A DNA stretch of 63,014 bases, counting the filler. It is 4 parts of 4 records of this genome, joined end to end, with 100 filler letters (N's around TTAATTAATTAA, not from the genome) between each part and the next. Parts side by side here need not be neighbours in the genome. Positions count along the whole stretch, not along the records: positions 57,967 to 63,014 come from SRR31147125_4731; 3 more parts are not named here. One strand, 5' to 3'. The notes under the pieces were generated by a model. The model saw nothing but the letters and a program-made list of their open reading frames with translations, made no database searches and was not told the origin of the DNA. The position numbers were made by a program, and so were the translations under genes. Of the stretch, positions 60,085-63,014 are shown in pieces. Each line of letters opens with the position of its first letter. The first letter of the stretch is position 1.

Positions 60085-60663
60085 TTACTGTACACCGTAT
60101 TCACTTACTATAACTTCTAATCCTTTTTTATATCCTGCACCGATAGCTTTGAATTTCCAAGCGCCATCTTTTTTATAGATTTCAGCTACATTAAGTCCTG
60201 TTTCAATTGAGTAATCTTCTGATAGGTCGTATCTGATTAACTCTTTGTCTCCGTTTTGGTCAAGTACTCTAATATATGCGTTTGTGATTTGACCAAAGTT
60301 TTGTGCTCTTTCTTCACCTTTGAATATAACCGCTACAAAAGCAATTTTAACAACATCAGATGAAATTTTAGAAAGGTCAAGTGCGATTGATTCGTCATCT
60401 CCGTCGCCTTCACCAGTTAGGTTGTCTCCACTGTGTGTAACTGCCCCTGTTGGGTCTTGCTTGTTGTTAAAGAAAACAAAGTTTGAGTTGTTTCCAGCTG
60501 CCACTTTACCATCTTCTCCTAATAAGAAACACATAACGTCTAAATCAAAATCTTCTCCACCATCATATTTATTTGTGTCCCAACCTAAACCAATTGATAA
60601 CTTGCTTAGACCTGGTGCTACTTTTTCTAAACTTACATTTTGCCCTTTTTCTAAATTAATCAT
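60085..60663 (-). CDS. terD: TerD-family stress protein
   Basis: INLEKGQNVSL, GLGWD, DFDLD, FVFFNN, HSGDNLTGEGDGDDE, QNFGQI.NAYIR, WKFKAIG.G. Confidence 0.93.
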   Translation of the reverse strand: MINLEKGQNVSLEKVAPGLSKLSIGLGWDTNKYDGGEDFDLDVMCFLLGEDGKVAAGNNSNFVFFNNKQDPTGAVTHSGDNLTGEGDGDDESIALDLSKISSDVVKIAFVAVIFKGEERAQNFGQITNAYIRVLDQNGDKELIRYDLSEDYSIETGLNVAEIYKKDGAWKFKAIGAGYKKGLEVIVSEYGVQ

Positions 60664-60723
60664 TTATATCTCCTCCTGTTATAAACGTTTGTCTATATAG
60701 AATTTAATCTATTCAACGTTTTA

Positions 60724-61505
60724 TTATTTAATAAATTTATTGATGTAATCTGTCAAAATCTCTTCTGTTGCTTCAAAACCAATTTTGTTAGTATAATCTA
60801 GATTGTTATATAACTCCGATGTTTTAATCTCTCCATGAAGCGGTACAAGTCCGTAATTAGCGTTTTCAACCATTGGAGCATCTAAGAATGAATCACCACT
60901 TGCGTAATATTCGCTGATATTTTCTTTATTTAGAATATATTTTATAGCATCATTTTTATTTATAAATTTTGGTATAAAATATAGTTTTCTCCCCTGTAGT
61001 GAATATTCCCAATCACTTTCTTTTAACCATTTAAAGAAAATTTCGATATCGTTAGGCATTTTCTCTCTATCAACAATGTAATATAAGAATCTATCTTTTA
61101 CCTCTTTTTCTTTTAATATCCACTCTGAATTATACCCTCTAAATTCATTAATTACATCATATTTTGATATTTTTAATTTATTAAAGTTTTTTTCTATATA
61201 TTCAGTCCATTCAAGGTCTTTTTTGAGTGGATTAGAATCTTTCCGCCATTTTCTGTAATTGCGTACTTTGGTTTAATTTCAGTTTGAAATATATCAATTC
61301 TTTCATATTGTTCTTTTGTTCTAGTTGTTACAGGTATGAATAATTCCTTTTTATTTATTCGCTCTAGTAACTTAATGCTATTCTCACTCATATATGATAG
61401 AGGTTCATTGTTGTAGTACTCAACGATTCTTTCTTTAGCTATATTATGAGTCTCAAGGAATTTATATGAGTATATAAGCGTCCTGTCTAAATCACTACAA
61501 AACAT
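60724..61505 (-). CDS. HAD-family phosphatase of Ter clusters (split by frameshift at 61219-61224)
   Basis: SDLDRTLIYS, FIPVTTRT, ENGG; joined via DLEWTEYIEK...REK to SLQGRKLYFIP..INK..A, SGDSFLD. Confidence 0.85.
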
Positions 61506-62590
61506 TAGACATCACCCTGTTTTTTTATTAATCCACAACATTTATAGCTTTTTAGGGGATATTTAACGACCTTTACACCTTTTTCTTTTGCAAGAACTTG
61601 AATGTGTTGTAAATCAGCATCATCAAAATTCCTAACAAGTATTAACTCAGGAACTCTTCTAAGTAAAACCCTAGTTGTTTCTCCAACACCTGGCTTTATA
61701 AAGTTTCGATCACTTACATTAAACTCATTTTGGATATTTTCCACATCGATAACACCACTATTTGACAGACTAGCTTCATTTAAGTCTTTATCGAGTTTAG
61801 CAACCTTTGGAAAATATTCAGCTATTGTATCTATATAGTAATTGGATAAATCTCCGTCACTCAAATTATCATAATATTTTGCTCCGTGATAATCGTCCTC
61901 TCCAATGATTTCATCATTAAGAACAGTTCTACTAACTAAACCAGATACTGTTGAGTTTAAACAACTACTAGGTATTAGGAAATCAGCCTTTGTACCAGCA
62001 ATCTCAGCACAATCACATGGATCAGCAAGTACAGATAAGTCACTTGATATTCGAACTCCATATTTATTATAGAAATCATCACTGGCTTTATCAAGAACAG
62101 CTTTGATTGTTCCTTTACCTGTCCAACCATCAACGAAAACTATTTCGTGATTGTTATGAGTTGATAAAATATCATTGATAGCTTTTTCATCAATTCCTCT
62201 ATCTCTGATAATTGAGATAGCATAATGTGGAACGTCAATTTCGAATTTTTCTTTGATATATCTTTTGATTAAAACTCCAATGGGAGTTCCAGCTCTAGCG
62301 AGTGAAGCAAGTACAATCTGTTGTCCTTTAAATTTAACAATTTTTTCAGATAAAACGCCAACTGCTTCTGCTAGTTGTTCCTTATATTTATCCAGGGATT
62401 TATAAAACAGGTCGATGTACTCTTGACTTGGCTTATATTCAACTGGTAGCATCTCAGAGTAATGTTTTCCACCCTGAATCATTTTTTCTCTCTCTTTAGT
62501 TGGAATCTCATCAATTAAACCATTTATCTTTTTTAGCAAAAAGATAACATCGGTTTCCGAGTAACTTCCAATTTTTTCAGTTTGAATCAT
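61505..62590 (-). CDS. StiP-like PRTase/Pelota RNA-binding domain protein of Ter clusters
   Basis: GSY...DV.FLLK, HYSEMLP.E, SLARAGTPIG, FVDGWTGKG, LIPSSCLNSTVSGLVSRT, IKPGVGETTRVLLRRVP. Confidence 0.9.
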   Translation of the reverse strand: MIQTEKIGSYSETDVIFLLKKINGLIDEIPTKEREKMIQGGKHYSEMLPVEYKPSQEYIDLFYKSLDKYKEQLAEAVGVLSEKIVKFKGQQIVLASLARAGTPIGVLIKRYIKEKFEIDVPHYAISIIRDRGIDEKAINDILSTHNNHEIVFVDGWTGKGTIKAVLDKASDDFYNKYGVRISSDLSVLADPCDCAEIAGTKADFLIPSSCLNSTVSGLVSRTVLNDEIIGEDDYHGAKYYDNLSDGDLSNYYIDTIAEYFPKVAKLDKDLNEASLSNSGVIDVENIQNEFNVSDRNFIKPGVGETTRVLLRRVPELILVRNFDDADLQHIQVLAKEKGVKVVKYPLKSYKCCGLIKKQGDV

Positions 62591-62644
62591 CTGTTTACCT
62601 CATTTCGCATTTTCACTTCCCAAATCAAAGTGATGTATGAAATC

Positions 62645-63013
62645 TTATAAGTTCCCATGATGGTTTTTCATATAGCACATATTTATTTTTTTAATTCCAA
62701 GTTGTTTTAGTTTTTCTTTGACTTTATCTATTTCGGTTTTTGAAGAGTATCGTTCATAAAAAATATACAGTGAATCATAGTGATTAACAGGTATATTATA
62801 TACAAATTCATTAATATTGTCATTATATATATTGTGTAGGCTGAATTTATTTTTAATTGCGTAATCATTTAATTCTCTGGCAAGTATCGGACTTCTAGTT
62901 GACGAATGATAAACTGTATTATTAGAATAATAACTTCCAATTTTTAATGGAACAAACATAAACTCTCCAACTCCAAGAAAAAGAGTCTTTTCTTCCCTAT
63001 ATGAACTGTTTTT
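62645..63013 (-). CDS. Ter-cluster phosphoribosyltransferase, C-terminal TRSP domain (N-terminus beyond window)
   Basis: LFLGVGEFMFVP, HSSTRSPI, FVYN motifs; frame open to window end. Confidence 0.85.
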   Translation of the reverse strand, partial: KNSSYREEKTLFLGVGEFMFVPLKIGSYYSNNTVYHSSTRSPILARELNDYAIKNKFSLHNIYNDNINEFVYNIPVNHYDSLYIFYERYSSKTEIDKVKEKLKQLGIKKINMCYMKNHHGNL

Positions 63014-63014
63014 T

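Noticed and set aside
1-63014. tRNA, rRNA, known riboswitches, prophage or defence systems
   Set aside because: No convincing signature recognised by eye; a covariance-model search would be needed to exclude small RNAs.

Overview
The window is not one locus. It is four unrelated contigs joined by artificial 100-bp spacers (N44-TTAATTAATTAA-N44) at 12792-12891, 39606-39705 and 57867-57966. Contig 1 (1-12791, less AT-rich, taxonomy not determinable by eye) carries GH92 and GH31 glycosidases, a tandem two-domain RNase HI whose second domain has lost all four catalytic carboxylates, an orphan TPR histidine kinase, a cupin, msrA, Mrp/ApbC, a HAD phosphatase and a partial acs. Contig 2 (12892-39605, very AT-rich, standard code, Acholeplasmataceae-like by inference) opens with a decaying island (truncated IS1182-type transposase, pseudogenes) followed by housekeeping and accessory genes. 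Its best candidate for a new system is at 32937-35289: an Rgg/ComR-like regulator transcribed divergently from a signal-peptide-bearing small protein with two identical 18-aa repeats that differ only at synonymous sites, a ComR-box-like palindrome in the shared promoter, and two downstream 4-TM proteins. Contig 3 (39706-57866, also Acholeplasmataceae-like) holds uxaBAC/GH105/IclR galacturonate genes and a sugar ABC operon with a DUF4185/DUF5005-like protein, a long-form PMI and a nearby BadF kinase. Contig 4 (57967-63014) is part of a Ter-type stress cluster with a CaCA antiporter and a highly structured intergenic region. Several genes are split at A/T homopolymers, most likely sequencing artefacts. 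All calls are from reading the sequence and motif recognition; no searches were run.
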